This document shows positions 8,442-17,143 of a stretch of DNA of 64,000 nucleotides, piece after piece. The translations under genes were made by a program, and so were the position numbers. The notes beneath the pieces are model-generated. The model was not told the origin of the DNA. It did not search any database and saw only the letters and a list, made by a program, of their open reading frames with translations. The stretch's first letter is position 1. Each line of letters begins with the position of its first letter. This DNA is from an uncultured virus (IMG/VR IMGVR_UViG_3300010051_000510) (Duplodnaviria > Heunggongvirae > Uroviricota > Caudoviricetes): the IMG/VR virus record IMGVR_UViG_3300010051_000510, one strand, 5' to 3'.

Positions 8442-10496
8442 TCAGGCGGCGACGCGATGATGCAGCCGCTGGTCCAGCTCCGGCGCCTGCTCGTAGCCGT
8501 CCAGGGTCATGCTGAACTGGCCGTGGCCTTGGGTGACGCCGCGCAAGTCGCCGGCGAACCCGAACATGGTCGCCAGCGGCACCAGGCCGGCGACGGTCGC
8601 CTGCCCGTCCGGGTTGATCTGCTGGCTGGTGACCTGGCCGCGGCGGCGGCTCAGCTCGCCGATCACCGCCCCGACCTGATCGCCGCGGCAGCTGACGGTG
8701 ACCGCCATCACCGGCTCAAGCAGCGTCATGTCCGCCCGCTGCATCGCCGCTTGGGCGGCCAGGCGGCCCGCAGCCCGGAACGCCATCTCATTGGAGTCCA
8801 CCGGATGGGTCTCCCCGTCGGTGAGCGTGACTTTGACGTCGGTGACCGGCCAGCCCCGCAAGCCGGCGGCGAGCGCGTCACGGATACCTTTCTCCGCGGC
8901 GCGCGCCAGATCAGCGGGTACCGCCCCGCCGCGAACCGCGTTGGCGAACACCACCCCGCCTCCCGGGTGGGGTTCCAGGTCGATGACGATGTGCGCGAAC
9001 TGACCGGACCCGCCGGTCTGGCTTTTGACGCGGCCGACCGCGGTCGCGGCGGCGCGCCTCGCGGTCTCCTGGTAGGCGACCTGAGGACGGCCGACGCGCA
9101 CGCTGACACCGTGCTCCTCCCCCAGGCGGGAGACGAGCACTTCCAGATGCAGCTCACCCATGCCGCTGATCACCGTCTGCCCGGTCTGCTCGTCGCTGGA
9201 CAACTGCAGGGAAGGGTCCTCCTCCAGCATCCAGCGCAGCGCGTCGCCGAGGCGGTCCTGATCGTGGCGGGTCGCCGGTTCGATGGCGACATGCACGACC
9301 GGGTCGGGGAAGCTGATCGTTTCCAGGGTGATCGGATGCGCGGGATCGCAGAGGGTGTCCGCGGTGACGATGCGCTTGGCGCCGACGATCGCGCAGATGC
9401 TGCCGGGGCCGGCCTGAGGGATCGCCTGGCGGGTCTGGGCGTGCATCAGCCACAGCTGCCCGACGCGTTCCTTGGAGCCTGTGCGGGCGTTCAGGGCGGG
9501 CTGCCCCGCGCGCAACGTGCCCGAGTAGACGCGCACATAGGTGAGCTTGCCGGCTTGCGGGTCGCGTTGAACCTTGAACGCGAGCGCAACCAGCGGCCCC
9601 TCAGGGTCCGGGGTGAGCGTCTGCTCGCCGTCAGCGCTGACCACGGCGCCGCGGTCCATGGGGCTGGGCAGGTAGGCGACGATCGCGTCCAGCAGCGGCT
9701 GCACGCCCTTGTTGCGCAGCGAGCTGCCGCACAGCACCGGGCAGACCGCCATCGCAAGGGTGGCGCGGCGCAACGCGCCGGCGATCAGCGCAGCGTCGAC
9801 CGGCTGATCGTCGATCAGCGCCTCCAGCAGCTGGTCGTCGTGATGGCTGAGCGCGTCCAGCAGCTCCTCGCGCGCGGCCTGCGCTGCCGGCTGATGCTGC
9901 TGGGGGATGTCGGTGATGTCGAAGTCGCGGCCGTCGTCTGACCGGTACAGGATCGCGCGCATCGCGACCAGGTCGATGATGCCGGCCAGCTCTCCTTCGC
10001 TGCCGATCGGCAGTTGAATGGCGAGCGCGTTCGCGTTCAGCCGGTCGCGCATCGTCGCGATCGCCGCCTGGTAGTCGGCGCCGACACGGTCCATCTTGTT
10101 GACGTAGGCCAGGCGCGGCACCCCGAACTGGTCGGCCATCCGCCAGACCGCTTCGGATTGCGGCTCGACGCCGGCGACGGAATCGAACAGGCCGACGGCG
10201 CCGTCGAGGACGCGCAGGGACCGTTGCACCTCGACTTGGAAGTCGACATGCCCGGGGGTGTCGATCAGGTTGATGGTGTGTCCGTCCCAGTCGCAGCTGG
10301 TCGCGGCGCTGGTGATGGTGATCCCGCGTTCCTGCTCCTGTTTCATCCAGTCCATGGTCGCGTTGCCGTCATGAACTTCGCCGAGACGGTGGTTGCGGCC
10401 GGTGTAGAACAGGATCCGTTCGGTTGTGGTGGTCTTGCCCGCGTCGACGTGGGCCATGATGCCGATGTTGCGGATGCGGGAGATGCTGCTGGTCAT
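8442..10496 (-). CDS. fusA: elongation factor G paralog (EF-G2 type), 684 aa
   Basis: AHVDAGKTT, ERGITI, DTPGH, NKMD, GMGELHLE, QTGGSGQF and HPVDS motifs; AAGGA SD before ATG 10496. Confidence 0.97.
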   Translation of the reverse strand: MTSSISRIRNIGIMAHVDAGKTTTTERILFYTGRNHRLGEVHDGNATMDWMKQEQERGITITSAATSCDWDGHTINLIDTPGHVDFQVEVQRSLRVLDGAVGLFDSVAGVEPQSEAVWRMADQFGVPRLAYVNKMDRVGADYQAAIATMRDRLNANALAIQLPIGSEGELAGIIDLVAMRAILYRSDDGRDFDITDIPQQHQPAAQAAREELLDALSHHDDQLLEALIDDQPVDAALIAGALRRATLAMAVCPVLCGSSLRNKGVQPLLDAIVAYLPSPMDRGAVVSADGEQTLTPDPEGPLVALAFKVQRDPQAGKLTYVRVYSGTLRAGQPALNARTGSKERVGQLWLMHAQTRQAIPQAGPGSICAIVGAKRIVTADTLCDPAHPITLETISFPDPVVHVAIEPATRHDQDRLGDALRWMLEEDPSLQLSSDEQTGQTVISGMGELHLEVLVSRLGEEHGVSVRVGRPQVAYQETARRAAATAVGRVKSQTGGSGQFAHIVIDLEPHPGGGVVFANAVRGGAVPADLARAAEKGIRDALAAGLRGWPVTDVKVTLTDGETHPVDSNEMAFRAAGRLAAQAAMQRADMTLLEPVMAVTVSCRGDQVGAVIGELSRRRGQVTSQQINPDGQATVAGLVPLATMFGFAGDLRGVTQGHGQFSMTLDGYEQAPELDQRLHHRVAA

Positions 10497-10680
10497 GATG
10501 AGTTTCGTTCCTTGAATGAGGTTGGTCGGGTGGCGGCCGCACAACGCGGCGCCGGACGCCTGAAACGGCGCGTGCGGGTCTGAGAGTTCCGGCGGAACAC
10601 GCCCCTTTGCGTGCCGCGGGCCTGCCGTCGCCGGCGGGCGGCGATCAGCGGTCAGCGGCAGGGAGGGACGGCCCGCCGGG

Positions 10681-10782
10681 TCAGAGCGACCGGCGGGAAC
10701 CCGACCGGGCCACGGCACGGCCGAAGCGCACGCGCAGCACGCGCGTGTTCAAGCTCAGGCGGTGAGTGACCGAGAAGCCCAT
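10681..10782 (-). CDS. putative leaderless leader peptide of fusA (33 aa, Arg-rich)
   Basis: TAGGTT (10790-10795) 7 nt before ATG; MGFSVTHRLSLNTRVLRVRFGRAVARSGSRRSL*, then about 185 nt of GC-rich spacer before fusA. Confidence 0.6.
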   Translation of the reverse strand: MGFSVTHRLSLNTRVLRVRFGRAVARSGSRRSL

Positions 10783-10876
10783 CGCGGTGAACCTACCATC
10801 AATCGTCAGCGAAACCCAGTGCGTCGTGGTCAGCGGCGCCGTGAGCGTGACGGCTGGTGGCTGATAGCGTGCTGTC

Positions 10877-11458
10877 ATGTCGGACGTGAAGCTCACCCTG
10901 TACCGCTCCGGGCGGCTCACCCCAGCCGGCGACTACACGACCACGAACCCGCGGTTCCTGCAAGCGGACGCGGTCCGTCCCGCAGGCCGAGCCGGCCGCA
11001 CCACCGGCCTGTTCTGCGCCCCGTCGCTGGAGGAGATGGCCAGCTGGCATCTCGCGAACCTGCAGATGCGCCGCGCCGGCTACGTGGCCGAGGCCAGGGA
11101 GATCCGCTACTGCGGGCCGATGCCGTACGCCTACCCGGTCGCCGCCTGGGACGCGGCCAGCTTCACCAACTCCGGCGAGCAGGAGCTTCACGACTACTGG
11201 AACAGCGGCCGCCCCGCGGCCGAGGTGCTCGCCGACCCGGCTGCGTTCATCGCCAGCAACCGCCGCTGGCATTGGGAGCGCCGGATCGAGATCCTCATCG
11301 ACCCCGCCTACATCGTCTCCTCCCGCCGCGTCAGCGACAAGCGGCTGGTGATGGCCGCGGAGGAAAGCGTCGCCGACCGCCTCGAATGGGCGCTATGGCC
11401 GCGCCGGCGCAGCAAAGGCCGCACGTTGCGCGCCTACGGTAACCTCGCCGGCGCGTGA
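10877..11458 (+). CDS. possible ADP-ribosyltransferase-fold protein
   Basis: LYRSG...GLFCAP...EILI pattern resembles ART strands; GATAGCGT promoter. Confidence 0.5.
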   Translation: MSDVKLTLYRSGRLTPAGDYTTTNPRFLQADAVRPAGRAGRTTGLFCAPSLEEMASWHLANLQMRRAGYVAEAREIRYCGPMPYAYPVAAWDAASFTNSGEQELHDYWNSGRPAAEVLADPAAFIASNRRWHWERRIEILIDPAYIVSSRRVSDKRLVMAAEESVADRLEWALWPRRRSKGRTLRAYGNLAGA

Positions 11459-12054
11459 TGGCAGGCGCGATCACCGAGACCTACGATCACGGGCACCTGC
11501 TCGAACAGGCGACGGTCCCCGACATCCCGCGCAAGTTCCGCAGCGACCTGCACACACCGGCGAACCTCATCGCCTCCACCCAGGCCGACCAGGGCGACCT
11601 GATCGACCTGGCCGTCAGCGGCCGCAAACCCGTGTCGTTCATCACCGTGCGACAGCACACCACCGCTCAGCGCATCGCCGCCCGCGCGATCGCTCAGCAG
11701 CGCAACGTCCAGCTGACCCATCACCAGATGAGCAGCGGCGCGGACAACTGGTGGAACCTCACGATCAGCCTCACCGGCCGCGTCCACGAGAGCATCGACA
11801 CCGAAGCGCTCTGCGCCGACTACGCCGCATGGTGCGCAGACCAGCCCGATCGGGCCGAGCAGATCACAGATCTTCTGCTGCGCGCCGCCAGCAAGGACTT
11901 CAGCGAGTACATGAACTTCACCAGCGCTGAGACGCTCCCCGGCGACAGCCAGGATCACCTGACCGTGACCGGCATGCTGCTCGGCTATCCGCCCGCTTCC
12001 ACCGCCGCGCTCATCGGACTTCCCGGCTGTCATCTGGTCCGCGAGTACCGGTAG
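11455..12054 (+). CDS. hypothetical protein (G-x-LLGYP motif)
   Basis: GTGA overlap; C-terminal TGMLLGYP. Confidence 0.7.
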   Translation: MMAGAITETYDHGHLLEQATVPDIPRKFRSDLHTPANLIASTQADQGDLIDLAVSGRKPVSFITVRQHTTAQRIAARAIAQQRNVQLTHHQMSSGADNWWNLTISLTGRVHESIDTEALCADYAAWCADQPDRAEQITDLLLRAASKDFSEYMNFTSAETLPGDSQDHLTVTGMLLGYPPASTAALIGLPGCHLVREYR

Positions 12055-12066
12055 GCTCCCGGGCCC

Positions 12067-12462
12067 ATGCGCCGTGCCATCCTCATTTCGGCCGCCGCCC
12101 TCATCGCTGCGGCTCTGGCTGGCTCCGCCGCTCAGGCCGCCGCGCCGAGCGTGATCGCCTGCGGCTGGGAAGGCCGCGTGTTCGTCGAGTCCCGCCCGAC
12201 CAGCTGCCGGCTGGGCTGGCCGAACCTGCCCAACGCCAGCGCAGTCACCATGCAGGGCCTCAGATGGTCGGGGTGGGGAGGACCGGTGGCGACCGCCACC
12301 GGGCGGGAGCGCTACCGCACCAACGAGCCGTGGGAGCCGCTCACCGCACGCGCTTCGCGCAGGGTGCGCTGCGAAGGCAAGCTGTACTACACCCGGGTGC
12401 GCGTCACCTTCGCCAACGGCAACAGCCACACCTGGCGAACCCCGACCTGCCGTGAGTTCTAA
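12067..12462 (+). CDS. secreted protein (WxxWG type)
   Basis: Signal peptide; LRWSGWGGPVATATG; four Cys. Confidence 0.8.
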   Translation: MRRAILISAAALIAAALAGSAAQAAAPSVIACGWEGRVFVESRPTSCRLGWPNLPNASAVTMQGLRWSGWGGPVATATGRERYRTNEPWEPLTARASRRVRCEGKLYYTRVRVTFANGNSHTWRTPTCREF

Positions 12463-12772
12463 CCGAAGCGTTCTTGCTGTCGCCCTCGCCGCCGCTGCGT
12501 TCGGCGCCGGGGCCTCCTCAGCGAGCGCCGACGTGGTGCGCTCCTGCCCCGGCAACCATCCGTTCGGGAACACCGGCATGTGGTACGGCGACATGTCCGC
12601 CCGCAACATGACATGCGCAGCCGCCCGCCGGCTGCTAGCCCGCGGCAGCTACCGCCACCCCGTGGCGGTCGTGCCCGGCTTCAGCTGCAAGCACATCGGC
12701 AACTACGGCGACGGCGGGATCTTCCGCTGCGTCAGCGGCCGCCGGGCGATCCGGTTCTCCGCCGGCGGCTGA
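12452..12772 (+). CDS. small secreted Cys-containing protein
   Basis: Signal peptide; NMTCAAARRL...GFSC...FRC. Confidence 0.8.
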   Translation: MSSNRSVLAVALAAAAFGAGASSASADVVRSCPGNHPFGNTGMWYGDMSARNMTCAAARRLLARGSYRHPVAVVPGFSCKHIGNYGDGGIFRCVSGRRAIRFSAGG

Positions 12773-12830
12773 CCCCCGCCGGCGCGGGAACGCCACGCTG
12801 GCCAGCTGACCTGGCGTACGGTCAGGTCAG

Positions 12831-13202
12831 ATGCTGTCACCGTTCGCTGCCTCTCATCTGCGTCGGCTGGCTGATCATCATCAGCTGACCCCCAGCCAGT
12901 ACGCGGCGACCATGACCGACGCGGGCTACTGCTGGCTGCAATGGTGGACGGACCCCGACTGCGTCTGCGCGCGCTGCCTGACGATCGCTGACACCCCGAA
13001 GCTGCTGGACCCTGACACCGACGCGTTGCACGCCGCCTGGGAGATGAAGCGGTTCATCCTCAGCGGCCATCCGCTCAGCCCGCTGGACCGGATCGCCGCC
13101 GCCCCACCAAAACCGCCACCGACGATCTCCCGCCGCGTGGCGCTGCGGGAGATCGCGGCCACCGCCCGCGAGCAGCTGCGCGGATACATCACCGGCCGCT
13201 GA
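12831..13202 (+). CDS. hypothetical protein with CxCxxC
   Basis: TACGGT upstream; DCVCARC. Confidence 0.6.
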   Translation: MLSPFAASHLRRLADHHQLTPSQYAATMTDAGYCWLQWWTDPDCVCARCLTIADTPKLLDPDTDALHAAWEMKRFILSGHPLSPLDRIAAAPPKPPPTISRRVALREIAATAREQLRGYITGR

Positions 13203-13276
13203 CCCCTCACCCGGCCGCCCAGACGATCATCCGTCCAGGCCGTTGCAACCAGCGCACGCGCGGATAAGCTGAAATC

Positions 13277-13531
13277 ATGAGCACCGAGATCTTCGACGCC
13301 GCCGAGACGCAGCTACGTACGCTCGGCGCCGCGCAGCTACGCACCGCCGTTCCGCTCCTCGCCGACATGGGTCATCCCGCCGAGGAGATCCGCACCCACC
13401 TGCTCGCCGACCTGCACCTGGTCCGCAACCACGCGGTCAGCACCGGCAACCTGCCCCATCGCGTCTTCGGTGAGCATGCCGCCCGGCTCGCCCGCCTCGA
13501 AGAGGCCGGCGTGCGACTGGCCGTCGCCTGA
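13277..13531 (+). CDS. hypothetical protein
   Basis: CGGATAAGCTG motif, -10 6 nt before ATG. Confidence 0.75.
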   Translation: MSTEIFDAAETQLRTLGAAQLRTAVPLLADMGHPAEEIRTHLLADLHLVRNHAVSTGNLPHRVFGEHAARLARLEEAGVRLAVA

Positions 13532-13555
13532 CCAGCAAGGGTAGATTCAGCTGAG

Positions 13556-13795
13556 ATGCAACCTCGGCTGTCACTTCCCCTATGGGCCTGGGCGGCTGTC
13601 GCCTTCGCTGCGCTCGCCGGCTACCTGACGATCGCGTTGACCTGCTCGGGACCGGTGTGGTGGCTGGCCGCGCCCCCTCTTCTGCTGATCATCCTCGCCG
13701 CCCAGTTCGCTTTGATCACCTCCTGGCGGGTGCGCGTCCCGTCGGAGGTCGCCGCGGCCCGCCGGCGCATCGAACGCTACCGCCGCGGCCTCTGA
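13556..13795 (+). CDS. small two-TM membrane protein
   Basis: Two hydrophobic segments and a basic tail. Confidence 0.7.
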   Translation: MQPRLSLPLWAWAAVAFAALAGYLTIALTCSGPVWWLAAPPLLLIILAAQFALITSWRVRVPSEVAAARRRIERYRRGL

Positions 13796-13845
13796 ACGCC
13801 GCCGCGTCGCAAGCCGCCGTCAGGCGAGGAAGATAAGGTAGCCGC

Positions 13846-14097
13846 ATGAGAACGATGCGGCAGAACAGCAAACGTGCGCGCGTGCGCGAGCTGAGGACCG
13901 GACAGTCGATCCGCCGCGCCGAAGGGCGCGTCGGCTACGTGCGACAGGTGCATATCGGCCCTGGGATCCCCGTTATCGACGGCCGCACGCATCGGATTGA
14001 CCGAGGGCAGGCGCTGATCGCCTTCAACAGCGAGGTCGCCCTGGTTGGCGCCGACCAGCTCGTCGAGATCGTCCCGCAGCTGCGACGGTACTCGTGA
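13846..14097 (+). CDS. small SH3-like hypothetical protein
   Basis: GATAAGGT 6 nt before ATG. Confidence 0.65.
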   Translation: MRTMRQNSKRARVRELRTGQSIRRAEGRVGYVRQVHIGPGIPVIDGRTHRIDRGQALIAFNSEVALVGADQLVEIVPQLRRYS

Positions 14098-14218
14098 CCG
14101 CCGTGGCGGCCGGCTAAGCCGCCCCGATCAAAGCCTCACTCCGCGGTACGAGCAGGCTCACGCTCACGTATTCGAGGAGATGTTGCCGTCGGCCTCCCGA
14201 GCCGGATAAGGTAATGGC

Positions 14219-14284
14219 ATGTCGTCGATCCACACCTGTGGTCTGCACGCGCTTCAAGCGTGTGTGCCCTTCACGGGCTTATAG
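14219..14284 (+). CDS. leaderless leader peptide MSSIHTCGLHALQACVPFTGL* ending in a rare TTA codon
   Basis: CGGATAAGGT 6 nt before ATG 14219; stop overlaps the start of the attenuator stem. Confidence 0.6.
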   Translation: MSSIHTCGLHALQACVPFTGL

Positions 14285-14368
14285 AGACCACCGGCTTGAC
14301 AGCTGAACGCGCACCGCGCGTCTGAACCGTCACGCGGGGCGGTGGTCTCCCAGCGATCACAAGGAGAC
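14284..14368 (+). promoter_or_regulatory. putative translational attenuator with alternative hairpins
   Basis: GAGACCACCG (14284-14293) pairs with CGGTGGTCTC (14340-14349); alternatively GTCTCC (14345-14350) pairs with the SD-containing GGAGAC (14363-14368). Confidence 0.6.
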
Positions 14369-14375
14369 GACAGGT

Positions 14376-14906
14376 TTGCCCCGACACACCCACCCGGCCC
14401 AGCAGGCCAAACACGCCCGCGCGCACACGCGCGAGCAGCGCCGCCGGCACATCGACCGGCGTCTGCGCCGCGCCAAGCGCGACGGCACTCTCGACCACCT
14501 GCACCTGCACCCGAAGTTCGGTCGGCTGCGGGCCATGCCCAGCAGCGAGTACCACGAGCGTCGCGAGCGCATCCAGCAGCAGCTGGACCAGCTCGGTTTC
14601 GGCGATCACCCCGACGTGCTGCGCCACCTGACCGTGGAACTGCGCCGCGAAACCTCCGGGCTGCCGCTGCCCGCCGGCGCGCTGGGCGCGCTCGCCGACC
14701 GCGACTGCTTCTGGGGTCGCCGCAGCGACGGCCACCGGTGCGTCGCCTGCGCGCCGTACCGCGCCGGCGTCGGCTACCGCACCCGCGTCAACCGCCGCTA
14801 CCTGGACGACATGCAGCAGGCCCTGGACGACTGGCGCGACGACGAGGACCTCACGGGCCGCCTGATCAGCGCCAACACGCAGCCCCACGCCGGAGGGTGG
14901 TGCTGA
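14376..14906 (+). CDS. Arg/His-rich basic protein, paralog 1
   Basis: AAGGAG SD and TTG start; N-terminus RHTHPAQQAKHARAHTREQRRR; CVAC motif. Confidence 0.75.
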   Translation: MPRHTHPAQQAKHARAHTREQRRRHIDRRLRRAKRDGTLDHLHLHPKFGRLRAMPSSEYHERRERIQQQLDQLGFGDHPDVLRHLTVELRRETSGLPLPAGALGALADRDCFWGRRSDGHRCVACAPYRAGVGYRTRVNRRYLDDMQQALDDWRDDEDLTGRLISANTQPHAGGWC

Positions 14907-15391
14907 TGGCCCGCCACACCCACCCGGCGCCGCAGGCCAAGCACTCCCGCGCGCACACGCGCGAGCAGCGCCGGCGGATCATCGACCGCCGCTGGCGGCG
15001 CGCCCGCAACACCAAGCTGGCTGACGACCGCACCCTCGTCTACCCGGCCGTGCTGCGCGACATGGACACGCTCGCCGATCTCGCCGGCTGGCTGGAGGAG
15101 CAGGGGCATCCCAGCAGCCTCAGCCCGCGCGGGTTCATGTCGCTGACGGCAAGCCCGCGCGCGCTGGCCGACATGCCCAAGCAGCTGCGCGCCCGGCTGC
15201 GCACCGGCAAGGCCGCCCTGCCGCTGGGCCGACTGGCCCATCACGACGACTTCGGCCCGCAGCGGGCCTGCGCCTGCCACATCTGCTGGCCGCGGAACGC
15301 CGACCTGGAACCGGGCGCCCGCACCCGCGCCAAGACCCGCTGGCGCCGGGAGGAGCAGGCGGCCTGGGGCGAGGAGCTGACCGGCATGTAG
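14906..15391 (+). CDS. Arg/His-rich basic protein, paralog 2
   Basis: TGATG coupling; near-identical N-terminus; CACHIC motif. Confidence 0.75.
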   Translation: MARHTHPAPQAKHSRAHTREQRRRIIDRRWRRARNTKLADDRTLVYPAVLRDMDTLADLAGWLEEQGHPSSLSPRGFMSLTASPRALADMPKQLRARLRTGKAALPLGRLAHHDDFGPQRACACHICWPRNADLEPGARTRAKTRWRREEQAAWGEELTGM

Positions 15392-15412
15392 CGGCAGGTC
15401 CAGCGACGTCCA

Positions 15413-15443
15413 AGGAGGTATAAGAACATCCCTTATACCTCCT
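15413..15443. repeat. perfect 12-bp inverted repeat with 7-bp asymmetric spacer
   Basis: AGGAGGTATAAG-AACATCC-CTTATACCTCCT. Confidence 0.85.
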
Positions 15444-15482
15444 GATACTCCGCCGCCGCGTCATGGGGGATACGTTGATGAT

Positions 15483-15938
15483 GTGGCCGCCGCAGAGAAA
15501 CCTGTCCTGTTCATGGACGTTGACGGGGCGTTGATCCCGTACGGGACGGAGCCTCGCCTCGGCTACCAGTCAGCTCGGCTGTGCGGCTTCAACGTCATCA
15601 TCGCCGATCATGTGATCGCCGCCGCCCCGAAGCTGGCGGAGATCTACGAGTGGGTGTGGGCGACCACGTGGGAGCCCGACGGCGTCCGGCAGATCGAAGC
15701 GCATCTCGGACTGCCTCGTCTGGCGAAGCTGGACACCCGCAACCACAGCATGAAGCTGCCGGCGATCCGCGAGTACATGACCGGCCAGGAGGATCGGCCG
15801 ATGGTCTGGGTCGACGACAAGCTGCGCCGCGACCCGCAATTGAAAGCCAACCGGCGTGCGACCACGCTGTGCCTGCGGCCGCACCGTGACGTCGGGCTCA
15901 CCGAACGGCAGATCCGCCGGCTGCTGTCAGCCGCCTGA
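15483..15938 (+). CDS. HAD phosphatase, Swiss-Army-Knife RNA-repair-like
   Basis: DVDG, WVWATTW, K, WVDD and GLT motifs; GATACGTT promoter. Confidence 0.85.
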   Translation: MAAAEKPVLFMDVDGALIPYGTEPRLGYQSARLCGFNVIIADHVIAAAPKLAEIYEWVWATTWEPDGVRQIEAHLGLPRLAKLDTRNHSMKLPAIREYMTGQEDRPMVWVDDKLRRDPQLKANRRATTLCLRPHRDVGLTERQIRRLLSAA

Positions 15939-16012
15939 CGCCCGGCGCGCAATGCGCCGGCCGGCTGCCGAAACCTCCCCAGTTGTGGTGATGGGCCTGG
16001 TAGAAGGCGAGC

Positions 16013-16330
16013 ATGGACGCACCCAAGCGTCACGGCGGCCGGGACGTCTCCTGGCCTGCGACGATCACCCGCGCGGCCGCGGAGTTGCTGCAACCTGGGG
16101 ATCTGCTGCTCGAAGAGGTTCCTGTGGAGCAGCTGGACGCCGGAGGCCGGCTCGCCGGACGGGTCTACCGGCCCGCCATGACCGTCCGCCGGATCCGACC
16201 TGTCCGTCGCGGCGCCTTGCAGAAGCTGCGCGTCACGCCCCGCCAGCTGCGCTTGGCCGGCGCCCTCGCCGGCCGGGACGTAGTGTGCGAGCTGCCGGCA
16301 CGCGCACAGGTCGCGTTCCTGGCGGGCTGA
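16013..16330 (+). CDS. hypothetical protein
   Basis: Plausible composition (LQPGDLLL); weak upstream signal. Confidence 0.5.
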   Translation: MDAPKRHGGRDVSWPATITRAAAELLQPGDLLLEEVPVEQLDAGGRLAGRVYRPAMTVRRIRPVRRGALQKLRVTPRQLRLAGALAGRDVVCELPARAQVAFLAG

Positions 16331-16423
16331 TACCGTGCCCTCGAACACCGCCTCGCTATGTCTGCGGGCGGACCCGTGCTGCTCGCTGTGCACCTTCAGG
16401 GCGTTTCCGGATAAGGTGCGGCC

Positions 16424-16744
16424 ATGATGTTCGCGCGCGCGGATAGCCCCGATGAGATCGCTCAGCTACTTGAGCGCGCGCGGCTGCTGTCCGAAGCGCA
16501 GACCGCCCGGCAGGTGATTCGCAACGGCGGGATGATGTTCTTCGACACCGACGCTGATCTGGCTCGCCGTTACCGCGAAGCGTCGATCTGGGCGGGAAAC
16601 CAGCCCGGCGGCCGCTACGAAGACGCGATCGACGCGGCCCTGTTCATGGCCGACATGCTCGACCCGTCCGACGCCACCGAGGAGGAGATGTCGCTCGCCG
16701 ACGACTACCTCTTCGACGACGTCGACGACACTCTGCCGTTCTGA
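16424..16744 (+). CDS. acidic hypothetical protein with DDxLPF tail
   Basis: CGGATAAGGTG promoter; C-terminal DDVDDTLPF resembles the SSB-type interaction tail. Confidence 0.75.
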   Translation: MMFARADSPDEIAQLLERARLLSEAQTARQVIRNGGMMFFDTDADLARRYREASIWAGNQPGGRYEDAIDAALFMADMLDPSDATEEEMSLADDYLFDDVDDTLPF

Positions 16745-16764
16745 GCCGCTGATAAGCTGGTGAC

Positions 16765-17109
16765 ATGAACAACTTCGCTGCCGATATCGAGCGGGCCGCT
16801 GCCGGTGAGCCTATCCAGGCGGTGGTGGTCGGCGCGTACGGGTGGGGCCGAGAGTGGGACGTCGACGAGGACGTCCCGGTCCGTCGCGGCCCGCTGCCGC
16901 CTCTCGGGCAGCCGGTCGCGTGGGCTGACGCGCGCGCCGCTTTGGACTACGAGTACGACGCCGGGTTCGGCGGGCCCGAATGCGACGCGATCTGGGCCTG
17001 GACGGCCAGCCGGGTCCTGTTCGTCACCCAGAGCCGCGGCGCCACTCAGGTGCAGTGGCTACCGCGGGACCCGTCAGCCGGCGAACCGCTGATGTTCGGC
17101 CACAGCTAG
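16765..17109 (+). CDS. phage-type hypothetical protein
   Basis: GATAAGCT promoter; LDYEYDAGFGG...WAWT...LPRDP. Confidence 0.75.
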   Translation: MNNFAADIERAAAGEPIQAVVVGAYGWGREWDVDEDVPVRRGPLPPLGQPVAWADARAALDYEYDAGFGGPECDAIWAWTASRVLFVTQSRGATQVQWLPRDPSAGEPLMFGHS

Positions 17110-17143
17110 ACGCCGCGAACCAGTCGAAGGATAACGTGTTTGC

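Noticed and set aside
8415..9941. 508-aa + strand ORF
   Set aside because: Antisense to EF-G.
15241..15429. - strand 62-aa ORF with a perfect AGGAGGT SD
   Set aside because: The SD is one arm of the palindrome, the ORF is antisense to a well-supported gene, and the product looks non-protein-like.
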